From an uncultured Oscillospiraceae bacterium (GTDB taxonomy: Bacteria > Bacillota > Clostridia > Oscillospirales > Oscillospiraceae): a stretch of DNA of 64,000 nt. The stretch lies in the NCBI GenBank assembly GCA_910587785.1, contig CAJUOA010000003.1:32044-96043 (forward strand), in the 5' to 3' direction. Shown piece after piece: positions 8,810 to 17,607 of this stretch; position 1 is the stretch's first letter, and each line of letters opens with the position of its first letter. The notes beneath the pieces were generated by a model. It saw nothing but the letters and a program-made list of their open reading frames with translations. It did no database searches and was not told where the DNA came from. A program made the position numbers and the translations under genes.

Positions 8810-9525
8810 CGGGATGGATCGTCCTTCTCATCATACTGGGGCTTCTCCTGACAGTGCTCCTGACCCCTGCGGGGGTGCGCTTTACCTACGACCAGGGAGA
8901 GATGTCTCTGGATGTAAGATTCGGCCCCATCCGGCGGAGGATATTCCCCGGGAAGGAGAAGCCCGAGAAGCCCGAGAAGCCCGAGAAGCCTGAGAAGCCT
9001 GAGAAGGAGAAAAAACCAGGAAAGAAGCGCCAAAAGCCTCCAAAAGGGGAAAAAGAGAAAAAAGAGGAAAAGGAAAAGCCGCCCAAGGCCAAGATCAGCC
9101 GGGAGCAGATCCTCTACGCTCTGGAGAAGCTCCCGCCCATCCTGGGCCGGGCTCTGGGCGGGACCCGGCGGCGGGTGCGTATCAAGCCCTTGAAGGTCCA
9201 CCTGCTGGTGGCCGGGTACGACCCGGCGGACACCGCCGTGCTCTACGGAAAGCTGGAGGCGGCCCTCTCGGCGGGCCTCCCGGTGCTCCGCAGGGCGGTC
9301 CGCATCCGGGATGAGGACATCCAGCTCTTCCTGGACTTCTCCCAGGAGCAGATGGACTGCATCGCGGAGCTGGGCGCCACCCTTCGGCCCTGGGACCTGC
9401 TCGCCGTCGGCGGCAGGGCCGGTATCAGCCTTCTGCGGTGGTTCCAGGGCTTTCGCAGGCTCGCCTCCCCCGCCCCGGCCAAGGAGCCGGAAGCACCGTC
9501 TAAGGACGCCGGTGAGGCCGCCTAG
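8806..9525 (+). CDS. DUF2953/YtfI-like sporulation membrane protein with a Pro/Glu/Lys repeat insert
   Basis: ATGA overlap with scpB. N-terminal TM helix, then a (EKP)n low-complexity tract and a conserved C-terminal half. It immediately precedes ytfJ, as in Bacillus. Confidence 0.6.
   Translation: MTGWIVLLIILGLLLTVLLTPAGVRFTYDQGEMSLDVRFGPIRRRIFPGKEKPEKPEKPEKPEKPEKEKKPGKKRQKPPKGEKEKKEEKEKPPKAKISREQILYALEKLPPILGRALGGTRRRVRIKPLKVHLLVAGYDPADTAVLYGKLEAALSAGLPVLRRAVRIRDEDIQLFLDFSQEQMDCIAELGATLRPWDLLAVGGRAGISLLRWFQGFRRLASPAPAKEPEAPSKDAGEAA
8956..9006. repeat. 5.7 tandem copies of the 9-bp unit gagaagccc (codes EKPEKPEKP...)
   Basis: Direct reading of 8956-9006. Confidence 0.9.
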
Positions 9526-9554
9526 GCCCCGCCTTCAGGAAAGGAGTTCATGGA

Positions 9555-9977
9555 ATGGAAAAGAAAAACAACCCCCTCAGCGAGATGATGCAGGAGAGCA
9601 TGGCCAAGGTCCGGGAGATGGTGGACACCAACACCATCGTCGGTCAGCCCATCGAGACCCCCGACGGCGTGACCCTCATCCCCATCTCGCGGGTGAGCAT
9701 CGGCTTCGGCGGGGGCGGCACGGCCTTCGGCGCGAAAAAAGCCGAGCCCGACGACCCTAAGAACCTGGGGACCGCGATCGGCGCGGGGGTGAAGATCGAC
9801 CCTGTGGCCTTCCTCATCGTCAAAGACGGCTTCACCCGGGTGATGCCCGTGGCCGCCGCGCCCCTGAGCACCATCGACCGGGTGGTGGAGATGGTCCCCG
9901 GCGTGGTGGACCAGGTCGCCAATTTCATCGACAGCCGGAAAAAGCCGGAGGACCCGCCGGTGGAGGAGCCCTGCTGA
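9555..9977 (+). CDS. ytfJ: sporulation protein YtfJ (GerW family)
   Basis: VDTNTIVGQPIETPDGVTLIPISRVSIGFGGGG is the characteristic GerW/YtfJ core. Confidence 0.85.
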   Translation: MEKKNNPLSEMMQESMAKVREMVDTNTIVGQPIETPDGVTLIPISRVSIGFGGGGTAFGAKKAEPDDPKNLGTAIGAGVKIDPVAFLIVKDGFTRVMPVAAAPLSTIDRVVEMVPGVVDQVANFIDSRKKPEDPPVEEPC

Positions 9978-10076
9978 GCTCTGCCGTTTTTTTGAAGTTT
10001 GAGGGGAACTTTGGCATGTTTACTTTCCCCCGCCGGTGACATACTACCTCCATCTGAACATTGGAGGTGGACCGGT

Positions 10077-11174
10077 ATGTCCCGAACAAGACCGTGCCGG
10101 GCGTGGGGCTTCGCGTTGGCGCTGGCGCTCCTGCTCCCGTGCCGGGCGGAGGCGCTGACGACCTCTGCGGCCTCGGCGGTACTCATTGAGCAGGAGAGCG
10201 GCCGGGTGCTCTACGCCCAGAACGCCGATGAGGAGCGCCTGATCGCAAGCATCACCAAGATCATGACCGCCGTGACCGCCCTGGAGCACGGCAAGCTCCA
10301 GCAGGAGTACACCGTGACGGCGGCAGATATGGCGGAGGGGTCCTCCATGTACCTCAAGCCCGGGGACCGCTTGCGGCTGGAGGAGCTCCTCTACGGCCTC
10401 ATGCTCGCAAGCGGCAACGACGCGGCCCTGGCCGTGGCACACTGCGTCTCCGGCGGCGTGGAGGACTTCGTGGAGCTCATGAACGACACCGCACAGCGCC
10501 TGGGCATGACCCACTCCCACTTCGCCAACCCCAACGGCCTGGACGCGCCGGAGCACTACTCCAGCGCCGCCGACATGGCGGTCCTCACCGCCTACGCCCT
10601 GAAAAACAACGACTTCCGCCGCATCGTCTCCACCGCCTCCGTCACCGTGGGGGAGCGGTACCTGGTCAACCACAACAAGCTGTTGCGTTTGTGCGAGGGG
10701 TGCATCGGCGTGAAGACGGGCTTCACCAAGGCTGCGGGCCGGACCCTGGTCTCCGCCGCCGCGCGGGGGGGCATGACCCTGGTGTGCGTCACCCTCAACG
10801 ACGGCAACGACTGGAACGACCATATGGCCCTCTTGGACCACGGCTTCGCCAATTACCGGATGGAGACCGCGGCGGCGGCGGGGCAGGTCCTCGCCTCCAC
10901 CGCCGTCCGGTGCGGCACCGTGCCCAACGTGCCCCTCGCCGCCGCCGGGGACCTGCGCTACCCCCTCGCCGGGGACGAGCGGCTGACCATCGCGGCGAAG
11001 GTGCCCCTCTCCGTAGCCGCGCCGGTGGTGCCGGGGCAGGTCATCGGACAGCTCTGCGCCTGTCTGGACGGCGAGGAGGTGGCGAGCGTGGACCTCATCG
11101 CCGCCGCGCCCTCCGCCAAGAAGAACGGCGGGGAGGGGACGGCCTTTCCGTGGCGGTTCGTGGGGGAGATTTAG
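10077..11174 (+). CDS. D-alanyl-D-alanine carboxypeptidase (peptidase S11, DacB/DacF-like)
   Basis: Signal peptide, SITKIMT (SxxK), SGND (SxN) and KTGFT (KTG) boxes. Confidence 0.87.
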   Translation: MSRTRPCRAWGFALALALLLPCRAEALTTSAASAVLIEQESGRVLYAQNADEERLIASITKIMTAVTALEHGKLQQEYTVTAADMAEGSSMYLKPGDRLRLEELLYGLMLASGNDAALAVAHCVSGGVEDFVELMNDTAQRLGMTHSHFANPNGLDAPEHYSSAADMAVLTAYALKNNDFRRIVSTASVTVGERYLVNHNKLLRLCEGCIGVKTGFTKAAGRTLVSAAARGGMTLVCVTLNDGNDWNDHMALLDHGFANYRMETAAAAGQVLASTAVRCGTVPNVPLAAAGDLRYPLAGDERLTIAAKVPLSVAAPVVPGQVIGQLCACLDGEEVASVDLIAAAPSAKKNGGEGTAFPWRFVGEI

Positions 11175-11184
11175 GGACGAAGGC

Positions 11185-11275
11185 GTGTTGGGCTTTGCCC
11201 AAACCCACCAGGGCTCTGCCCTGGACCCGCCGGGGCTTTGCCCCTGGACCCCACCACCTTTGAAAAGGTGGACGA
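11185..11275. repeat. GC-rich multi-hairpin intergenic repeat (inverted copy at 29390-29456)
   Basis: gtgttgggctttgcccaaacccaccagggctctgccctggacccgccggggctttgcccctggacc followed by the ccacctttgaaaaggtgg hairpin. Confidence 0.85.
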
Positions 11276-11318
11276 AACTTTTATTTTGCGCTTCGCGCTT
11301 GTGACCGGAGGTCCCTCC

Positions 11319-12044
11319 ATGGACGAACGCCTGCAAAAAATCCTATCCGCCGCCGGGGTCTGCTCCCGGCGGGAGGCGGAGGACTGCCTCCGCGCAGGCC
11401 GGGTCACGGTCAACGGCGCTCCCGCCGTCCTGGGGCAGAAGGCGGACCCCGCCCGGGACCGCATCGCCCTGGACGGCAGGCCCCTGAGCGCCCCGCCGGA
11501 GCGGGTGTGCCTCATGCTCAACAAGCCCCGGGGATACGTCACCACCCTCTCCGACGAGCGGGGGCGGCCCACGGCGGCGGCGCTGGTCTCCGGGTGCGGC
11601 GTCCGGGTGTACCCCGTGGGGCGGCTGGACATGGACTCCGAGGGCCTGCTCCTCCTGACCAACGACGGCGCCCTCGCCCAGCGCCTGACCCACCCCAGCC
11701 ACGGCCTTGAGAAGGAGTACCGGGTCACCGTGACCGGGGACTTGCAGGGCTGCGCGGCACGCCTCGCCGCCCTCCGCCGCTTAGAGGACGGTTCCCCCAT
11801 CGCACCCGCCCGGGTGGCCGTGCGGGAGCGGAGGGGGGCACGGTGGGTCCTCTCCGTCACCATCCACCAGGGGCTCAACCGGCAGGTCCGGCGCATGTGC
11901 GCCATGGCCGGGCTCCATGTGGAGCGGCTGGAGCGGGTCCGGGAGGGCCCCCTCACCCTGGGGGACCTGCCCCGGGGAACGTGGCGGCATCTCACGGCGG
12001 CGGAATGGGAGGCCCTGGGCGGGTCCGGGAGGGAGAAGCGATGA
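11319..12044 (+). CDS. rluB: pseudouridine synthase, RsuA/RluB family
   Basis: S4 domain (RLQKILSAAGVCSRREAE..L..GRVTVNG) followed by the GRLDMDSEGLLLLTNDG catalytic motif. Confidence 0.86.
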   Translation: MDERLQKILSAAGVCSRREAEDCLRAGRVTVNGAPAVLGQKADPARDRIALDGRPLSAPPERVCLMLNKPRGYVTTLSDERGRPTAAALVSGCGVRVYPVGRLDMDSEGLLLLTNDGALAQRLTHPSHGLEKEYRVTVTGDLQGCAARLAALRRLEDGSPIAPARVAVRERRGARWVLSVTIHQGLNRQVRRMCAMAGLHVERLERVREGPLTLGDLPRGTWRHLTAAEWEALGGSGREKR

Positions 12045-12907
12045 AAAAGGACGTCCTACATATCATCCGGGAGAACCTGCCCGGGTTCTCCAAGGGGCAG
12101 AAGCGGATCGCGGAGTATATCCTCTCGGACTACGACAAGGCCGCTTTCATGACCGCAAGCAAGCTGGGGAGCCTCACGGCGGTCAGCGAATCGACGGTGG
12201 TCCGCTTTGCCGCCGTCCTGGGCTACGACGGCTACCCCGCCATGCAGAAGGCCCTGCAGGAGATCGTCCACAGCAAGCTGACCTCCATCCAGCGCATCCA
12301 GGCATCCAACGACCGGCTCTTCAGCGCGGACGTGGTGACCAGCACGTTACAGATGGATATGGACAAGATCCGTCTGGCCATTGAGGAGGTGGACCGCACC
12401 GTCTTTGCGGAGGTGGTGGACCGGCTCCTCGCCGCCCGGCATATCTATATCCTGGGCGTGAGGTCCAGCTCCTTTTTGGCCGGATATCTCCATTTCTATC
12501 TCCATCTGATCTTTGAGAACGTGACCCTGGTCACCAGCAACAGCGCCGGGGACATCCTGGAGAGCATCCTGCGCATCGGCCCCGGGGACGTGCTGGTGGG
12601 CATCAGCTTCCCCCGCTACTCCCAGTCCACCGTCAAGGGCGTCCAGTTCGCCCACGACCGGGGGGCGGACGTGGTGGCCATCACCGACAGCCCCATGTCG
12701 CCCCTCTATCAGCTTGCGTCCTCCGTCCTTCTGGCCCGCAGTGACATGATCTCCTTTGTGGACTCCCTGGTGGCCCCTTTCAGCCTGCTCAACGCCCTCA
12801 TCGTGGCCGCCGGGCACCGGAAGGACGCGGATATCGCCCAAACTTTTGACCGTCTGGAGGGGATATGGAATGACTACGGCGTCTTCGATCCCAGCGAAGA
12901 GGGCTGA
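12041..12907 (+). CDS. MurR/RpiR family transcriptional regulator
   Basis: HTH_6 N-terminus (FSKGQKRIAEYIL...SKLGSLTAVSESTVVRF) plus a SIS domain. ATGA overlap with rluB. Confidence 0.85.
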   Translation: MKKDVLHIIRENLPGFSKGQKRIAEYILSDYDKAAFMTASKLGSLTAVSESTVVRFAAVLGYDGYPAMQKALQEIVHSKLTSIQRIQASNDRLFSADVVTSTLQMDMDKIRLAIEEVDRTVFAEVVDRLLAARHIYILGVRSSSFLAGYLHFYLHLIFENVTLVTSNSAGDILESILRIGPGDVLVGISFPRYSQSTVKGVQFAHDRGADVVAITDSPMSPLYQLASSVLLARSDMISFVDSLVAPFSLLNALIVAAGHRKDADIAQTFDRLEGIWNDYGVFDPSEEG

Positions 12908-14129
12908 CCTGGCCGTCATCGGCGGCGGTCCGGCGGGGATGATGGCCGCCATCGCCGCGGCGGAGCGGGGGGCGGCGGTGGTCCTCCTGGAGCCCAACGA
13001 GCGCCTGGGGAAGAAGCTGAACATCACCGGCAAGGGCCGGTGCAACCTGACCAACAACTGCTCTGTGGAGGATCTGGCGGCGAACACCCCGCGAAACGGG
13101 CGCTTCCTCTGGGGCGCGTTCTCCCGGTTCGGGAGCGCCGAGACCATGGCCTTCTTCGAGCGGCTGGGCGTGCCCCTCAAGACCGAGCGGGGGAACCGGG
13201 TCTTCCCGGTGTCCGACCGGGCCTTCGACGTCAGCGCCGCCCTGGAGCGGGAGCTGCGCCGCCTGGGGGTCCGCTGGGTGCGGGACCGGGCGGTGGAGCT
13301 CCTGGTGGAGGACGGCGTCCTCGCCGGGGTCCTGGGGGACCGGGGGGCGTACCGGGCGGGGCGGGTGGCCGTCGCCTCCGGCGGGGCCAGCTACCCCCTC
13401 ACCGGGAGTACCGGGGACGGCTACCGATTAGCCGCCTCCGCCGGGCATACGGTGGTGGAGCCCCGGGGGTCCCTGGTGCCCCTGGAGGCGGAGGGGGACC
13501 TCTGCCAGCGTCTCCAGGGCCTGAGCCTGAAGAACGCCGCCCTGCGGGTCTACGAGAACGAGAAAAAGATCTACAGCGACTTCGGGGAGATGCTCTTCAC
13601 CCACTTCGGCGTCAGCGGGCCCATGGTCCTCTCCGCCTCCGCCCATATGCGGAACTTCGGGAAGAAGCGCTACCGGCTGGAGATCGACCTCAAGCCCGCC
13701 TTGGACGAAGGGGCGCTGGATAAGCGCCTGCTCGCCGACTTCGCCCGCCATGCCAACAGCGACTTCTGTAACGCCCTGGACGGTCTCCTGCCCAAGAAGC
13801 TCATAGGGCCCTTCGCGGCCCTCACGGGCATCGACCCCCGGCAGAAGGTCCACGACCTCACCCGGGAACAGCGGCGGCGGGTGCTGGTCCTGCTCAAGGC
13901 CCTGCCCGTGGCCATCACCCGTCCCCGGCCGGTGGAGGAGGCCATCGTCACCTCCGGCGGCGTGGCGGTGAAGGAGGTCAATCCCTCCACCATGGAGTCG
14001 AAGCTCCTGCCCGGCCTCTACTTCGCCGGGGAGGTGCTGGACGTGGACGCCTACACCGGCGGGTTCAACCTGCAAATCGCCTGGTCCACCGGGCATCTGG
14101 CGGGGGCGTCTGCGGCGGGGGGTGGATGA
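12870..14129 (+). CDS. NAD(P)/FAD-dependent oxidoreductase, HI0933/BaiN family
   Basis: DLAVIGGGPAGMMAA, KKL.ITGKGRCNLTN and the C-terminal GGFNLQ.AWSTG motif. Confidence 0.8.
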   Translation: MTTASSIPAKRADLAVIGGGPAGMMAAIAAAERGAAVVLLEPNERLGKKLNITGKGRCNLTNNCSVEDLAANTPRNGRFLWGAFSRFGSAETMAFFERLGVPLKTERGNRVFPVSDRAFDVSAALERELRRLGVRWVRDRAVELLVEDGVLAGVLGDRGAYRAGRVAVASGGASYPLTGSTGDGYRLAASAGHTVVEPRGSLVPLEAEGDLCQRLQGLSLKNAALRVYENEKKIYSDFGEMLFTHFGVSGPMVLSASAHMRNFGKKRYRLEIDLKPALDEGALDKRLLADFARHANSDFCNALDGLLPKKLIGPFAALTGIDPRQKVHDLTREQRRRVLVLLKALPVAITRPRPVEEAIVTSGGVAVKEVNPSTMESKLLPGLYFAGEVLDVDAYTGGFNLQIAWSTGHLAGASAAGGG

Positions 14130-14230
14130 GAGGGGGAATTGCGCCTTTTTGCCTGCACCGCCGTCTATAGTACGGCCCCTGCGCCGCAGGGGATCACAAC
14201 GACCCAAAACGAGAAGAGAGGAACGAGACC

Positions 14231-14908
14231 ATGAAACATTACGCAGTTGCCATCGACGGGCCCAGCGGAGCGGGGAAAAGCTCCCTCGCCCGCGCCGTAG
14301 CCGGAGACCTGGGGTTCATCTACGTGGACACCGGGGCCATCTACCGCACCGTGGGGTGCTATGTCCTCCGGCAGGGGGTCCGCCCCAGCGACGCCCAGGC
14401 CGTGGAGGCCCTCCTGCCCGACATCGAGATCCGCATGGGCTACGGGGACGACGGCCTCCAGCGCATGTATCTCAACGGCGAGGACGTCACCGAGGCCATC
14501 CGCACGCCGGAGGTCTCCATGTGCACCTCCAAGGTGGCGGCCATTCCCGCGGTGCGCGCCTTCCTGCTGGAGATGCAGCGGGAGATCGCCCAGGAGCAGA
14601 GCGTCATCATGGACGGCCGGGACATCGGCACCGTAGTCCTGCCGGACGCGGACGTGAAGATCTTCCTCACCGCCAGCGCAGAGGAGCGGGCCAAGCGCCG
14701 CTACCGGGAGCTCCGGGAGCAGGGGGAGCACAAGGACTTCGGCGTCCTCCTGGTGGAGATCGAGGAGCGGGACTACAACGATTCCCACCGGGAGATCGCC
14801 CCCATGCGCCCGGCGGAGGGGGCGGTGCTGCTGGACACCACGGACCTGGACTTCGAGCAGAGCTGCCGCAGCCTCCGGGAGATCATCCAGGAGCACATGG
14901 GCCTATGA
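14231..14908 (+). CDS. cmk: cytidylate kinase
   Basis: AIDGPSGAGKSS P-loop and YVDTGAIYR. Confidence 0.92.
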   Translation: MKHYAVAIDGPSGAGKSSLARAVAGDLGFIYVDTGAIYRTVGCYVLRQGVRPSDAQAVEALLPDIEIRMGYGDDGLQRMYLNGEDVTEAIRTPEVSMCTSKVAAIPAVRAFLLEMQREIAQEQSVIMDGRDIGTVVLPDADVKIFLTASAEERAKRRYRELREQGEHKDFGVLLVEIEERDYNDSHREIAPMRPAEGAVLLDTTDLDFEQSCRSLREIIQEHMGL

Positions 14909-15504
14909 CGGATTTTTACCGCCTGGTCTACACCATCCTCGCCCCCTTCATCCGCTTCTTCTTCCCCCGGAGGGTGGTAGGGCTGGAGAACCTGCCGGAG
15001 GGCGGGGCCATCCTCTGCCCCAACCACGCCAGCTTCTGGGACCCCTTTGTGGTGGCAATGGCCCTGCCGGTGGACTCCCGGCTGACGGTGATGGCCAAGG
15101 ATGAGCTCTTCCACTATCCCGTGGTGGGGTGGTTCCTGCGAAAGGTGGGGGCCTTTCCGGTGAAGCGGGGGGGATCGGACCTTGCCGCCATGAAGACCGC
15201 CCTGCGGGCCCTGGGGGACGGCAGCCGCCTCCTCATCTTCCCCGAGGGCACCCGGGTGGAGGAGCAGGGAGAGGCGGAGGCCAAGGGCGGCGCGGCGGTC
15301 CTCTCCACCCGCACCAAGACCCCCATGATCCCCGTCTGGTGCGGGCCCAAGCACAAGCTCTTCCGGCGCACCACCGTGGTCTTCGGCGCACCCTACACCC
15401 CCCAGGTGGCAGGCCGCCGGGCCACGTCGGAGGAGAGCCGTCAGGCGTCGGAGGAGATTCTGCATCGCATCTACGCCCTCAGCGAGGTGGACGGATGGAA
15501 GTGA
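14905..15504 (+). CDS. plsC: 1-acyl-sn-glycerol-3-phosphate acyltransferase
   Basis: NHASFWDP (HxxxxD) and FPEGTR motifs. ATGA overlap with cmk. Confidence 0.85.
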   Translation: MTDFYRLVYTILAPFIRFFFPRRVVGLENLPEGGAILCPNHASFWDPFVVAMALPVDSRLTVMAKDELFHYPVVGWFLRKVGAFPVKRGGSDLAAMKTALRALGDGSRLLIFPEGTRVEEQGEAEAKGGAAVLSTRTKTPMIPVWCGPKHKLFRRTTVVFGAPYTPQVAGRRATSEESRQASEEILHRIYALSEVDGWK

Positions 15505-17432
15505 TCGCGGCCAAGAGCGCCGGGTTCTGCTTCGGCGTGGCCCGGGCGGTGCGCATGGCGGAGGAGCTCGCCGCCTCGGCGCAGTGCCCCCGGATGCTGG
15601 GGGACCTCATCCACAACCGCCGCGAGACAGAGCGCCTCGCCGCCCTGGGCCTCACTGTCATCGCCTCCCCGGAGGAGGCGGAGGCCGGGGACGCGGTGCT
15701 CCTGCGGGCCCACGGCGTGGGCCGGGAGGTGTACGAGGCCCTTGCCGTCCGGGGGGCCCAGGTTTTGGACGCCACCTGCCCCAAGGTCCGCCGGGTTCAG
15801 CGCCTCGTCCGGGAGGCCCAGGCGGAGGGGCGGCAGAGCGTGATGATCGGCGATCCCGCCCACTCCGAGGTCCGGGGCGTGGGGGGATGGTGTCACAATC
15901 TTTTGGTATTTTCAGGGCCGGAGGAAGCCCTTTCCTGGGCGGAAAACGCTGAAAATGCTATAAATTTGCCGATTACCGTGGTTTCCCAGACCACCCTCCG
16001 GCGAGAAATTTGGGAAAGTTCTTTAAAAATTCTAAAAAAACAGTGTACAAACGTAAAAATTTTTGATACAATATGTGACGCTACGCATACCCGTCAATCG
16101 GAAGCGGCCCAAATCGCTGCCACGGTGGACGCTATGGTGGTGGTTGGTGATCCCAAAAGCGCCAATACGAAGCATCTGACAGAGATCTGCCGCTCCCGGT
16201 GCCCCCGCGTATTCCAGGTGGAGGACGCCGGGGGGGTACCGGACCTGACCGGGTGCGCTCGCGTTGGCTTGACAGCGGGGGCCTCCACGCCTGCGAGCAT
16301 CATAAAGGAGGTCATAAAGACGATGAGCGAAGAAAAAATTCAGGGCGAGGGCATGGAAAATTTTGCCGAAATGGTTGAGCAGTACACTCAAACTTTAAAT
16401 ACAGGAGATAAGGTAACCGGCGTGGTCACCGCCATTACCCCCACAGAAGTCCACGTGGACCTGGGCTGTAAGCAGGCCGGCTACATTCCTGTGGACCAGC
16501 TGACCGACGATCCCACCGTCAAGCCCGAGGATGTGGTGAAGGTCGGCGACGAGGTGGAGCTGTTCGTCATCCGCGTCAACGATGTGGAGGGCTACGCCAC
16601 CCTCTCCAAGAAGAAGGTGGACGCCAACAAGGCGTGGGAGGTCATCGAGGCCGCCTGCGAGAGCAAGGACGTGCTGGAGGGCATCGTCACCGAGGAGAAC
16701 AAGGGCGGCGTGGTCGTGTCCGTCAACGGAGCCCGGGTGTTTGTGCCCGCCTCCCAGTCCGGCCTGCCCCGCGACGCCGCCATGACCGAACTGGTCAAGC
16801 AGCGCGTGAAGCTGCGCATCACCGAGGTCAACCGGGCCCGCCGCCGGGTGGTGGGCTCCATCAAGGTCGTCCAGCAGGAGACCCGCGCCGCCGCTGCTGC
16901 GGAGGTCTGGGCCAATATCGAGGTGGGCAAGCGCTACACCGGCACCGTCAAGAGCATGACCAGCTACGGCGTGTTCGTGGACATCGGCGGCGTGGACGGG
17001 ATGGTACATATCTCCGACCTGAGCTGGAGCCGCATCAAGCACCCCTCCGAGGCCGTGTCCATCGGCGAGACGCTGGAGGTGTATGTCATCTCCTTCGACG
17101 CCGACAAGCGGAAGATCTCCCTGGGCGTGAAGGACCGGGACACCAACCCCTGGCAGGTCTTCATGGACACCTACCAGGTGGGCGACACAGCCAAGGTGCG
17201 GATCGTGAAGCTGATGACCTTCGGCGCCTTTGCGGAGGTGGTCCCCGGCGTGGACGGCCTCATCCACATCTCCCAGATCGCCGACCGGCGCATCGAGAAG
17301 CCCGGCGACGTGCTCTCCGAGGGCGAGATTGTGGAGGCGAAGATCACCGCCGTGGACGAGGAGAAGAAGAAGATCTCCCTCTCCATGCGGGCCCTGCTCG
17401 CCCCCGCCCCCGCGGAGGCTGATGAGGAGTAA
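15495..17432 (+). CDS. ispH: bifunctional 4-hydroxy-3-methylbut-2-enyl diphosphate reductase / ribosomal protein S1 fusion
   Basis: IspH core (GFCFGV, ...ATCPKV, FDTICDAT, VVGD..SANT) followed by four S1 repeats (GDKVTGVV.., GIVTEENKGG.., GKRYTGTVKSMTSYGVFVD, GDTAKVRIVKLMTFGAFAE). Confidence 0.9.
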   Translation: MEVIAAKSAGFCFGVARAVRMAEELAASAQCPRMLGDLIHNRRETERLAALGLTVIASPEEAEAGDAVLLRAHGVGREVYEALAVRGAQVLDATCPKVRRVQRLVREAQAEGRQSVMIGDPAHSEVRGVGGWCHNLLVFSGPEEALSWAENAENAINLPITVVSQTTLRREIWESSLKILKKQCTNVKIFDTICDATHTRQSEAAQIAATVDAMVVVGDPKSANTKHLTEICRSRCPRVFQVEDAGGVPDLTGCARVGLTAGASTPASIIKEVIKTMSEEKIQGEGMENFAEMVEQYTQTLNTGDKVTGVVTAITPTEVHVDLGCKQAGYIPVDQLTDDPTVKPEDVVKVGDEVELFVIRVNDVEGYATLSKKKVDANKAWEVIEAACESKDVLEGIVTEENKGGVVVSVNGARVFVPASQSGLPRDAAMTELVKQRVKLRITEVNRARRRVVGSIKVVQQETRAAAAAEVWANIEVGKRYTGTVKSMTSYGVFVDIGGVDGMVHISDLSWSRIKHPSEAVSIGETLEVYVISFDADKRKISLGVKDRDTNPWQVFMDTYQVGDTAKVRIVKLMTFGAFAEVVPGVDGLIHISQIADRRIEKPGDVLSEGEIVEAKITAVDEEKKKISLSMRALLAPAPAEADEE

Positions 17433-17450
17433 TTCCATACCGTTTCCTGA

Positions 17451-17487
17451 AGGACAGGCAGTCGGAGAAGGACTGCCTGTCCTTTTT
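17451..17487 (+). terminator. rho-independent terminator after ispH-rpsA
   Basis: aggacaggcagtc...gactgcctgtcct stem followed by a T run. Confidence 0.75.
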
Positions 17488-17533
17488 CGCCGCCTGCGCC
17501 AAAGGGGATTTCCCCAAAATCTGTCAGCCCCCC

Positions 17534-17562
17534 TTGCAAGAGCGGGGAATGTACGGTATAAT
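17534..17562 (+). promoter_or_regulatory. sigma-A-type promoter of the hybrid kinase gene
   Basis: TTGCAA, a 17-nt spacer, then TATAAT. Confidence 0.6.
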
Positions 17563-17607
17563 AAGACGATATTCTGAAACCACCAACCCTGCGGAGGGAG
17601 TTCTGAT

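Noticed and set aside
8956-9006. Short tandem repeats considered as a CRISPR array; the same question was asked of 40718-40875
   Set aside because: The repeats are contiguous with no spacers. They are in frame and lie inside coding sequences. No cas genes are present in the window.
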